From positions 96,001 to 160,000 of the forward strand of contig JBBIRK010000003.1 in NCBI GenBank assembly GCA_037441845.1: a stretch of 64,000 bases of DNA. Reading direction: 5' to 3'. Positions 18,932 to 28,700 of this stretch are shown piece by piece; positions within the stretch are counted from its first letter, which is position 1; each line of letters opens with the position of its first letter. Under the pieces are notes generated by a model. That model was not told the origin of the DNA. It ran no database searches and saw nothing but the letters and a program-made list of their open reading frames with translations. This stretch comes from Candidatus Zixiibacteriota bacterium. GTDB lineage: Bacteria > Zixibacteria > MSB-5A5 > UBA10806 > 4484-95. Both the position numbers and the translations under genes were made by a program.

Positions 18932-19857
18932 CAGGAGTCAGGGTGCCGGGCAAGGTCATGCTATCGGGTGAATATGCGGTTCTGGTAGGTGGTATGGCGT
19001 TCATGATGCCGGTTCCGCGGCATATCGAGGTTGACGAAATCGACCTTGTGCCGGATAAGCCATATTCTCCGGTGGTGCAGATGGCCCTCAGGCATCCTAT
19101 TTCTGAGGTGGCGAAGTTCGAGCAGAAACACGGACGCTCGCATATCAAAATAAATCCCGCTGGATTTCTGACGACGACGATCGATGGCTATCCGGTTAAG
19201 CTCGGATTGGGGCTTTCGGCGGCCGAAGCCGTTGCCGTGGTGGCGCTTCGATTCGAGCGGGCGGGCAAACCTTGGCAACAACATCGAAAACAGATATTCA
19301 AATACGCTTTTGAGATACACAGAGAGATCCAAAAGGGGTTGGGAAGCGGTGCGGACGTAGCCGCATGCGCATTCGGTGCGCCGCTGATTTACTATCTTAA
19401 ACGCGATCGCCCCCATTACGATCTGGTCAAGTCGCCCAAACACGATAATTGCCCGCCCATGGCCCTTGTCTGGACCGGCAAACCGGCCAATACTCGGGAG
19501 ATGGTCGAAAAGTTCTTGACCTGGGCGAAAGAGGATGAAAAAGCGGCGAAAAGGTTGTTGCCGAATCTGGTGAAAGCAAGCGAAATGCTGGCCAAGTCAT
19601 GGTTGACCGCCTCTCCGGTGAACATTTATAACGCGATCGACGTATTCGGAATGGCGATGCAGGAGTGCGCCGATGCGGCGGGGATCAAATACCGACTGGA
19701 AATTCATCACGAGCTCGAATCATGGGCCAGAAAAAAAGGCGGCCGCGCCAAACCGACCGGCGCCGGCGGAGGCGACATGATTTTGCTCGTGGGCGATCTT
19801 CCGCTCGGGGAACTCGAGTACACTAAAGTGCCGCTGGCGATCCCTACAAGAAGCTGA
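18922..19857 (+). CDS. Probable phosphomevalonate kinase (GHMP kinase); start revised to ATG 18922
   Basis: PGKVMLSGEYAVL, KLGLGLSAA, GSGADVA, KPTGAGGGD; GGAGG RBS; operon context. Confidence 0.85.
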   Translation: MQLTGVRVPGKVMLSGEYAVLVGGMAFMMPVPRHIEVDEIDLVPDKPYSPVVQMALRHPISEVAKFEQKHGRSHIKINPAGFLTTTIDGYPVKLGLGLSAAEAVAVVALRFERAGKPWQQHRKQIFKYAFEIHREIQKGLGSGADVAACAFGAPLIYYLKRDRPHYDLVKSPKHDNCPPMALVWTGKPANTREMVEKFLTWAKEDEKAAKRLLPNLVKASEMLAKSWLTASPVNIYNAIDVFGMAMQECADAAGIKYRLEIHHELESWARKKGGRAKPTGAGGGDMILLVGDLPLGELEYTKVPLAIPTRS

Positions 19858-19943
19858 TCGAACAAACCGAATCGTTCGTTGCTTGATGCTCCGCTTTCGT
19901 GAATCTGACGGTTCATGAACCGAAACAGTCGATCCGCCTTCTC

Positions 19944-21101
19944 TTAATTACCCCCCTCGAAACGTTCCACCTGCTTCTTATAAAATTTGTTTTCCGGATC
20001 CTCGGCCGCCGCGAGTTTGGCGAACTTGACAGCCTCTTTTTTATTTTTACGGGCGAAACAGATTTCGGCCACCGTATCGGCGATCATCGCCTTTTCTTTT
20101 CCCGGTTTGGCGAGCTCCACGCCGCGACGCGCCAGTTTTTCCGCCTCTTTCAGATTGATTTTATTTTCGAAGCACCACCAGGCGAAACTGTTCAGCCTGG
20201 AAGCGTCATTTTGCCAGTCTTTCGGCATCGACTGTTTTTTCAGCTCTATCGCTTTGGCGGTATCTCCGCTGATATAGATATGTTTGTTTATGACAAGCTG
20301 GGTCTTCTTTCCGGCCAAACCGCCGTCTTCGCCGGCCGCATTTATTCCTGCGTCCAGGTATTTCCCCAACAGCTCCATTCTTGAGTTTTCGATTATCAAC
20401 GGGACGATCATTACGGCCGCCTGCACCTTCGATTCGGCATCGACATCGCCGTTTTCGATCACTTTGTCGGCCGCCGCCAGAGCCTCCTCGAACGTGAACA
20501 TATCGCGTTCATAGCCGTCGCAGGTATTTTCGAAAATATCGAAAAGATGATAGCGGGCGGAATTTTTATCCAGCTCCATCGCCGTTCGATAATAGTCGAC
20601 GGCCTCTTTGTATTCCCCGATCGCCGAGCTGTATCTACCCAGAATCTCCGCATCAGCCGCCGAGGGTTTATCTTTGAATCGTGTCTTTTTCGTGTCGATA
20701 GTGGCCGTGTCTTTGAGAGCTTTTCCCAGCGTTCCTATAAAATGATCCTTGGCATAACCTATCCATCTATCGACGATTTGACCATCGGCATTCAGCAGAA
20801 TGAATGTTGGGTAACCTCGAACCTTATGTTCTTTGGCCAGCGCCTGCCCGATTCCCTTTTCGGCGTCGATAGCGAACAACACTACGCCGTCGAGAGCCGC
20901 CATCAAGTCCGCATCCGATTTCGCTTCACGAGCGAAAGTCTTGCAGGCGCTTCACCATTCGGCGAAAAAATCGGCCAGGATAAGCTTATTCTGGGTGAGG
21001 GCAAGCGATTTTGCCTCATCGAGAGTCACCGGCCCGGTATCTGCCGCCGCGGGAATAAAGAAGGCCAACATGGCGATTAAGGCAATGATAGAACGATTCA
21101 T
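19944..21101 (-). CDS. Exported thioredoxin-like/TPR protein with selenocysteine (U50) in a UxxC motif; 385 aa
   Basis: AAGGAG RBS and ATG 21101 give MNRSIIALIAMLAFFIPAAA...ILADFFAEW-TGA(20952-20954)-SACK, in frame with ORF 19944..20906, which carries the Trx cis-Pro motif RGYPTF. Confidence 0.88.
20917..20940 (-). promoter_or_regulatory. Bacterial SECIS-like hairpin GA-C(bulge)-UUUCGCU-CGUGA-AGCGAAA-UC
   Basis: Begins 12 nt after the in-frame UGA; 7-bp perfect upper stem, bulged base, GU in the apical loop. Confidence 0.75.
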
Positions 21102-21355
21102 TTTCGGCTCCTTTTAAGATTTGCGTTTTTCATTATATACACTTGCTTGAGCGAATGTTCAACACAAATACAGCTGATTTCGGCGAATATTCGAAAAAAA
21201 ATCAACCAAACGCCGCTGTATTAGTTTATAATGTATAATCGATGGTAATTGTCGGCCGGGCGCGGCCGGGCGATCATGATTATCGGCGCAATGCCGAAAT
21301 TTAATCCAGACGGATACTCCGGATGGTTAATTAGAAAGCAGGTGACTTAACCGAT

Positions 21356-23329
21356 ATGTGCGGCATTGCCGGCTATTTCCAACTAACGGGAACTTCCGAT
21401 CGCGACGATAGGCTCGTGCGCCGAATGGTTTCCGCCGTTCAGCATCGCGGACCCGACGAGTTCGGCGCGTATATCGACGATCGTTGCGGTCTGGGTCATG
21501 CCCGCCTTTCGATTATCGACCTATCCTGCGGTCAGCAGCCGTCGACCAACGAGGACGGCACGCTCTGGATCGTTTTCAACGGCGAGATATTCAATTATAT
21601 CGAATTGCGGCCGGAGCTCGAGAAATCGGGGCACCGTTTCCGCACCAATTCCGACACCGAGGTCATCGTTCACGCCTATGAAGAATGGGGCCGGGACTGC
21701 CTGAACCATTTTAATGGCCAATTCGCTTTCGCCATCTACGATAAAACTAAAGGCGAAATGTTTTTGGCCCGCGATCGCCTCGGCATCCGCCCGATATTTT
21801 ATGCTGTTCATGGCGATCGTTTCTATTTCGCCTCGGAAATAAAAGCGATTTTCTGCGACGATCGAATAAGCCGCAGACTCGATTTGCAAGGTCTCGATGA
21901 AATTTTCACTTGGTGGACGACCGCTCCTCCGCGCACCGCCTTTGCCGGTATCAACGAGCTCGAAGCGGGAAGTTATCTGGAAATCAAAAGCGGCAAGGTC
22001 TTTGGCGGCCGCTGGTGGCAGATGACCTTTCCGGAATCATTCGATGAGAGCCGAAGCCTCGATTCCTGGGCCGAAGAGCTGCATGGATTGCTGGTCGATT
22101 CCGTCCGCTTGCAACTGAGAGCGGATGTGCCGGTGGGGGCTTATCTGTCCGGAGGGCTCGATTCTTCGGCAACCACGGCGCTTATAAAGCATTTTACGTC
22201 AAACCGGCTGGAGACTTTTTCCGTTGCCTTCCACGACAAGGCCTTCGATGAGTCGCAATTTCAAAATGAGATGGCCTCGTTTCTTGGCACCAATCACCAT
22301 CAGATAAGATGCTCATATAAAGATATCGCCACGGTTTTTCCGAATGTCATCTGGCATGCGGAACGCCCCATACTGCGCACCGCGCCGGCGCCGTTATACT
22401 TGTTGTCTCGATTGGTCCGTCAGACCGATTTCAAGGTCGTCCTCACCGGCGAGGGTTCTGATGAGATACTCGGCGGTTACGACATTTTCAAAGAGGCCAT
22501 AATCCGCAACTTCTGGTCGAAAAATCCGGAATCTTCCTGGCGGCCGCTTTTGCTTAAACGATTGTATCCCACTCTGCCGCTGTCACCGGGCCGGGCTCGT
22601 TTCTATCTCGAATCGTTCTACAAAAGCGGCTTGAGCGAATTGGATAAGTATTACTATTCGCACATCCAGAGAATAAATACGACCACCAAGATAAAGGAAT
22701 ATTTGACATTGGATATTAAGAAGGCGATGGCGGCCAGAGATTCTCTGGCTGCGTTCGAATCCGGAATTCCCGAGAATTTTTTCAGATGGCATCATTTGGC
22801 GCGCGCTCAATTCCTCGAGGCGCGATCGCTTTTATCGGGATATCTGCTCTCATCGCAGGGGGACCGGGTCACGGCCGCCAATGCGGTCGAGGGGCGGTTT
22901 CCGTTTCTCGATCATCGGGTGATCGAATTCGCCGCTAACATTCCGCCCAAATTCAAGATCAGGGGCCTCAAGGAAAAATTCGTTCTTAAAAAGGCGATGA
23001 AATCCGAATTGCCGGCTGAAATTCTGCGTCGGGTAAAGCAACCTTACATGGCGCCCGATTCGAATTGCTTCTTCCAAAATGATTCGCCGGAGTATATCGA
23101 GGATATTCTATCGCCCGAATCGATAAAAAAGGCCGGAATTTTCAACGCCGAGGCCGTCTCGCTTCTGAAACAAAAGTGCGCTCGGCTGTCGCACGCCCAC
23201 ATGTCGTTCAAAGACAACATGTCGATAATCGGCATACTGGCCACTCAACTGCTGGTGCAGCAATTTATCGACAACTTTCCGAAAATCGAACCGATTGCAC
23301 GCGATAAATTCAAGACCTGGCATGCCTGA
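21356..23329 (+). CDS. asnB: Asparagine synthase (glutamine-hydrolysing) family amidotransferase
   Basis: N-terminal MCGIAG, HRGPD, LSGGLDSS, LTGEGSDE, EGRFPFLD. Confidence 0.92.
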   Translation: MCGIAGYFQLTGTSDRDDRLVRRMVSAVQHRGPDEFGAYIDDRCGLGHARLSIIDLSCGQQPSTNEDGTLWIVFNGEIFNYIELRPELEKSGHRFRTNSDTEVIVHAYEEWGRDCLNHFNGQFAFAIYDKTKGEMFLARDRLGIRPIFYAVHGDRFYFASEIKAIFCDDRISRRLDLQGLDEIFTWWTTAPPRTAFAGINELEAGSYLEIKSGKVFGGRWWQMTFPESFDESRSLDSWAEELHGLLVDSVRLQLRADVPVGAYLSGGLDSSATTALIKHFTSNRLETFSVAFHDKAFDESQFQNEMASFLGTNHHQIRCSYKDIATVFPNVIWHAERPILRTAPAPLYLLSRLVRQTDFKVVLTGEGSDEILGGYDIFKEAIIRNFWSKNPESSWRPLLLKRLYPTLPLSPGRARFYLESFYKSGLSELDKYYYSHIQRINTTTKIKEYLTLDIKKAMAARDSLAAFESGIPENFFRWHHLARAQFLEARSLLSGYLLSSQGDRVTAANAVEGRFPFLDHRVIEFAANIPPKFKIRGLKEKFVLKKAMKSELPAEILRRVKQPYMAPDSNCFFQNDSPEYIEDILSPESIKKAGIFNAEAVSLLKQKCARLSHAHMSFKDNMSIIGILATQLLVQQFIDNFPKIEPIARDKFKTWHA

Positions 23330-23383
23330 TAATTCGCCTGGCTGTGCTAATAGATAGTGCTGTAAGATAAACACCCCTGTTTG

Positions 23384-23782
23384 TCAGGGCAGGGGCAAGG
23401 CGGCGATTGCATCGGCAACGGCGAAACCCGCCAGCGAATCCGCGGGAGCCTGACCACCGATATACATGCCTGAAACGCATATCTCCGGCTTTCGAATTGA
23501 TTTCGCCGCCGCATAACCGATTATCAAACCGATCAAAAGCAGGGCGGCCGCTCTTATGGTGCTGATTAGTAATCTGCGCAAATTTCCCGTTCGCCTGCCG
23601 ATGACCCTGTTCTCACTCGATCTTATCGAAGCTATGATTCCGATATCTTTCCGGATCGCCTCGAGTTTTAGCCGGCAAAGGTCGCAGCCGGCCAAATGAT
23701 CGGTCATTTCGACCGTCGTTTTCTCATCTTGCAGTGTTCCGAGTTCAAAGGCAAGCAATTGATCTTCATCATAATGTGTCAT
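23384..23782 (-). CDS. Zinc-binding transmembrane anti-sigma factor
   Basis: HLAGCDLC (HxxxCxxC ZAS motif), one TM helix, overlaps the ECF sigma stop. Confidence 0.8.
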   Translation of the reverse strand: MTHYDEDQLLAFELGTLQDEKTTVEMTDHLAGCDLCRLKLEAIRKDIGIIASIRSSENRVIGRRTGNLRRLLISTIRAAALLLIGLIIGYAAAKSIRKPEICVSGMYIGGQAPADSLAGFAVADAIAALPLP

Positions 23783-24315
23783 TCGATTATTCCTCTTCTT
23801 TTAAGTTCCTGTCGGCAATATCTGACGGCGTAGAAAAGGCGCGATTTTGCCGTTCCTACCGGAATTTGCAGCAAATCCGCCATCTCCTCGAAAGTATATT
23901 CTCCATAAAATCGCAAGACCAAGATCAGGCGATGATCAAAATCCAGGTTGAGGATAGTCTCCGCCACCGCTTTATCCCGCTCATCGTCGAGCAGCGCCTC
24001 GATTTGATTCGAGCCGGGGACGATCGGCTCCGTTTCATCCAGATCGATCTCCCGCCGTAATCTGTGCAACTCCTTCAACGACAACCGATAGGCTATCGTG
24101 TTAAGGTAACCCTTGACCGTGCCGTTGCGATTTTTGGGAATCGAATGTATCGCTGCCATGAATGTCTCCTGCACGATATCCTCGGCCGACTGAGACGAGC
24201 CGGAAATCAGCAAAGCCAAGCTTTTCAGCTTGGCCTGATATTTCGTAACCAGCATCGACCAGGCTTGTCTATCGCCCTTTACCGCGTTTTCCAGCAATTC
24301 CCAATCGGAATTCAA
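23779..24315 (-). CDS. ECF RNA polymerase sigma-70 factor (probable TTG start 24315)
   Basis: AEDIVQETF (region 2), TFEEMADLLQIPVGTAKSRL (region 4.2); TTGA overlap with the upstream gene. Confidence 0.9.
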   Translation of the reverse strand: MNSDWELLENAVKGDRQAWSMLVTKYQAKLKSLALLISGSSQSAEDIVQETFMAAIHSIPKNRNGTVKGYLNTIAYRLSLKELHRLRREIDLDETEPIVPGSNQIEALLDDERDKAVAETILNLDFDHRLILVLRFYGEYTFEEMADLLQIPVGTAKSRLFYAVRYCRQELKRRGIIE

Positions 24316-25592
24316 CGCTTCATTCCCTGACGTGCGCACCAGGCATCGATTTCTTTTATGTCGCCATGAGCGCACCATCTTTCGGCTGCCTCGCCTCGCA
24401 GCTCTCCTGATAATAAATTTTCCAGATGTTCTCGATACCACAAGAAAAGTCGCGACCGCAGTTCCGGCGCATAAATTCTAAGCGAATCGAGGTTATCGGT
24501 AATGCCCTTGACATAGTTCTGCACCAGCATCCTACCGGCATCGTTGGCAGATGAAAACCGAAGTCTCCAGCTGTCGAGTCCGCCGGTTCTGAAATTTTCG
24601 ATCCAATTTATGAAACTGCGGCGATACAGCTCCGCCTTCGAGCGGCCGGCAGGGCTGACCAGTGTCACCATGCCGAGATCGATCCCGTTGGCGGCGGCCG
24701 CTTTGAGTTTTTCGGTGATGAATAAAGTTTTAGAAAAATACAACGGTCGTTGCGCCCGTTGCGCCGCCTCGATCAACTTGAGGATCAGAGTATCGCCGAT
24801 CAGGCCGGCCGAGGTCGGCTTGATTTTACCGTCGCCGAGCGCCCCGCCCATCGATTCTCGAATCTCCTCCAAATCGGCTTTGCTCGTGAATCGGGGCAGC
24901 CCGCTGTCGATCAAGAGAATGGGATACCATTCGGTATTGAGCAAACTTCTGTTGACGATAGTGATGTCCGGACGGACCTGCAATATCCTGGTGAGAATCC
25001 ATCCCGGATAGGTGTCGTTGTCACCGTTGGTTATCATTATGGCGTCGGGTTCGAGACTGCTTATCAGGTTGTAATTATAATCGAGGATATCGTCCGGAAT
25101 GATGCCGCTTGCAAGCAGTTTGCGAAGGGCTTCATCCATTTTTTCGGTTTCGCCGGCCCGCATATAATGGACAGCCAGAACGAACCAAGGGTCGATGAAT
25201 TTAGGGTCAAGAGCGACAGCTTTTTCGAGGTATTTTCGCCCTTCGGGGGTCAAATGCAGTTTGGGCTCGAGCGCCTTGAGATAATTCAAGGTAGGATTGG
25301 CCGGGTATTTTTTCAAACCCTTGTCGAGCAATTCCGTATAGTTGGCGTTGCCGGCGTAGCGGGCGGCGTACATCCAGTTGGCATAGGCATATTCCGAGGG
25401 GAACTCTTTGAAATAAGCTTGCCACAAGGTCTCGAGCTTCTTGTAAGTTTCTTTGTCATACACCACCTGCCTCATGCTCTTGATTTCCTCCGGCCTGACT
25501 ATTTCGCCGCCGGAAGCTGCGGCTGTCCAAGCGGCAATCAAGACCGATAACGCCGCCGAAAACACGATTTTGTTTTTTAGGGACATATCCAT
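24312..25592 (-). CDS. Exported TPR-like protein with a DUF2723/TMEM260-like soluble segment
   Basis: Signal peptide; helical repeats; ITNGDNDTYPGW...RPDITIVNRSLLNTEWY motif. Confidence 0.7.
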   Translation of the reverse strand: MDMSLKNKIVFSAALSVLIAAWTAAASGGEIVRPEEIKSMRQVVYDKETYKKLETLWQAYFKEFPSEYAYANWMYAARYAGNANYTELLDKGLKKYPANPTLNYLKALEPKLHLTPEGRKYLEKAVALDPKFIDPWFVLAVHYMRAGETEKMDEALRKLLASGIIPDDILDYNYNLISSLEPDAIMITNGDNDTYPGWILTRILQVRPDITIVNRSLLNTEWYPILLIDSGLPRFTSKADLEEIRESMGGALGDGKIKPTSAGLIGDTLILKLIEAAQRAQRPLYFSKTLFITEKLKAAAANGIDLGMVTLVSPAGRSKAELYRRSFINWIENFRTGGLDSWRLRFSSANDAGRMLVQNYVKGITDNLDSLRIYAPELRSRLFLWYREHLENLLSGELRGEAAERWCAHGDIKEIDAWCARQGMKR

Positions 25593-25793
25593 CTCCTTTT
25601 TTATAATAAAGGCGCGACTTCCGGCAAAGGTTCAAATAATTCAGCAAAAATAGAAAAAAACTTTTTTATATTTATAAGCGGCATACTGCGAATCACCAAT
25701 TATCTGGCGCTCGTCATGAAAACATTATATATATAATCAAGCGCCTGAGAGAAAATGTCTTAACTGATAAGAAGCGAACCGGGAGAGGATGTT

Positions 25794-28700
25794 ATGAACA
25801 GGTTTTTTTCGATTTGCGCGATCTTGATGTGTCTGAATTTTCCGGTGATCGGAGCCGAAAGAATAGTTATCGATGACCGCCTGCCTGACCTATCGGTCGG
25901 CGTCGATTTCGCGGGCCCCACTCGCACCGTGTTGACCATCGAAATAGGCGGAATCAGACAAACTACCGTGGAGATCGATGGCAGGTTGTATCATCAGCTC
26001 GAGCTTGAAGGCGAGGGAAACCTCGCTGAACCGGGTCAGCCTGCCGTTCCGTTCATCACCCGCAGTCTGCTTATAGGCGACAAGTCGCGCATAAGGGCAA
26101 ACATAATAGAAATGGAATATCAAGACTTCGCCGATTTCATGGTCGCTCCATCGAAAGGAAACCTGCCGCGCACAGTCGATCCGGAAACTGTCCCGTATGC
26201 ATTCGATGTCGTTTATTTATCGGATAATTGGTTTCCCGGGGAAATAATCGAGCTTGGTGAGCCTTATATAATGCGTGATTTCCGCGGCCTGCCGGTTCAT
26301 ATCCGAATCGCTCAATATAATCCTGTCAAGGCGACACTGCGGGTCTATAAGAGGTTGGTGATAGAATTCGTCGATTCCGGCATCGATACTCGAAATACGA
26401 TCGAACGCTCGCAGCTTCCGGCGACGATTGATCCTGATTGGAACGAAATTTACCGAAGGCGTTTCGTCAATTATTCCCCGGATGTCCTTCTATACACGCC
26501 GGTGCTCGAGGCGGGGGAGATGTTGATAATCTGCTACGACCAATTTTCTTCGTATATGTCGCCATTCGTCGAGTGGAAAAATCAGAAAGGCATGAAAACC
26601 AGATTGGTCAATGTTTCGACTGTCGGCAACACAGGCGCCCAGATAAAAAACTTCATTCAGGCATGGTACGATTCGACCGACCTGGCTTATGTCTTGCTCG
26701 TCGGTGATGCCGCGCAGGTGGCCACATATCTGCTTTCCGGCGATGCTTCCGATCCTTCTTATGCCAAAGTGGCCGGAGCTGATTATTATCCCGATATTTT
26801 CGTCGGCAGATTCTCGGCTGAAAACGCCGCTCACGTGCAGACACAAGTACAAAGAGTTATCGATTACGAGAAGAATCCCTCCGGCACGAATTGGTTTCGC
26901 ATGGCTGCAGGAATAGCCAGCGACGAGGGCCCCGGTCATTTCGGCGAATACGATTATCAACACATGAATAACATACGCACCGATCTTCTGGCGAACGGCT
27001 ACACCACCATCGATCAGATTTACGATCCCGGAGCCACCGCCGCCCAAGTGTCGACCGCGCTTAATGCCGGACGCGGTTTCGTCAACTATTGCGGCCATGG
27101 CAGCACCACCAGCTGGAGCACGACCGGCTTTTCCAATACGAACGTAAACGCGCTGACCAACGTCGGCAAACTGCCGTTCATTTTCAGCGTCGCCTGCGTC
27201 AACGGCGATTTCGATGGAACGACTTGTTTCGGCGAGGCCTGGCTGCGCGCCTCCAGCGGCGGCAATCCGAGCGGAGCGATGGCCGCCTATATGTCCTCGA
27301 TCAATCAAACCTGGAATCCGCCCATGGATGCTCAAGACGAGGCGGTGGACTTGCTTATGGCCAAAACCAAGACGACGTTCGGCGGAATTTGTTACAACGG
27401 TTCGTGCCGCATGATCGACATCAACGGCTCGGGCGGGGCCGATATGTTCAACACCTGGCATATTTTCGGCGATCCATCGCTGCTTTTGCGAACCGATAAC
27501 CCGACGACCATGGCGGTCGCCCATAGCGACGATCTGTTGTTCACCGCCACTCAATTTTCGGTGACCGTGTCCGGTGTGGCCGGCGCCCAGTGTGCATTGT
27601 ATCACAACGGCATTTTGTTCGGTTCCGCTTTTACCGACGCCTTAGGACAGGCGATAATTCCGATCAGCGGGACTCTGCCGCTCGGGCAAGGTGTTTTGCT
27701 GACGGTGACTGCTTTCAATAAAATTCCATACATCGATACTATCCTGGTGATCGCGCCGACAGGCCCCTATATCGTTTTCGATTCCTGCATAGTCAATGAT
27801 TTGCCGGGCAACGGCAACGGTTCGATAGACTACGGAGAGTCGGTATTTCTCGGAATAAGATTTAGGAACGTCGGGCCGGATACGGCCCGCAACGTGGTCG
27901 CGCTGCTGTCGTCCAGCGATCCTTACGTCTTGATCACGGACAACTCCGCGAATTACGGATCGATAGCCGGAAACTCCGGCATCGGTTATGTCGCCGATGG
28001 TTTTTCTATTTCGATCGCCGCAGATATCCCGGACAATCATGCTATACCTTTCCATCTCGATATCAGCGGAAGCGCCCTCGATAATTGGGTTTGCGATTTC
28101 TTGATGGTCGCCCATGCGCCGAACCTGATATTCGCCTCCGCCACTATTAATTCCGGCGGAAACAACGTGCTTGATCCGGGTGAAAACGGAATCATTTCGG
28201 TCACAGTGAACAACTACGGCGGAGCGGCAGCCGAGGCCGTCACCGCGCAGCTGTTCGAAAACGATCCATATATCGATGTAATCGACGCCTCCGGATATTT
28301 CGGCGATATTCCTGCGTCCGGCGGCGGAAACAACGACGGCGACCCGTTCTCGCTTTCGATAAGCCCCACTTGTCCGAGAGGCAGGCAAGGGCAATTCTCC
28401 GTGGTGCTGGCTGGAACGCGCGGCTTCGTCGATACATTGGCGTTTTCTTTAGTGATAGGGGATAAGGAAACTATCTATGCCGATGATTTTTCGGTCGATC
28501 GCGGATGGACTGGGCTCGGCGGAACGTCCGAATGGACGATCGGGCCGGCGACCGGAGGAACCGGTTCCGACAGTTATGGAGGGCCCGATCCCGCCAATGA
28601 CCATTCGCCCGGAACGGATAACAATGTGCTGGGAAACGATCTTACCTCGGGCTCGGGCGGAGATTACAACGCCAGCATCGGCCAGACATACTGGGCAACC

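Noticed and set aside
21356..23329. Lasso-peptide cyclase cluster
   Set aside because: The protein retains the N-terminal Cys glutaminase domain, and no B protein or precursor is nearby.
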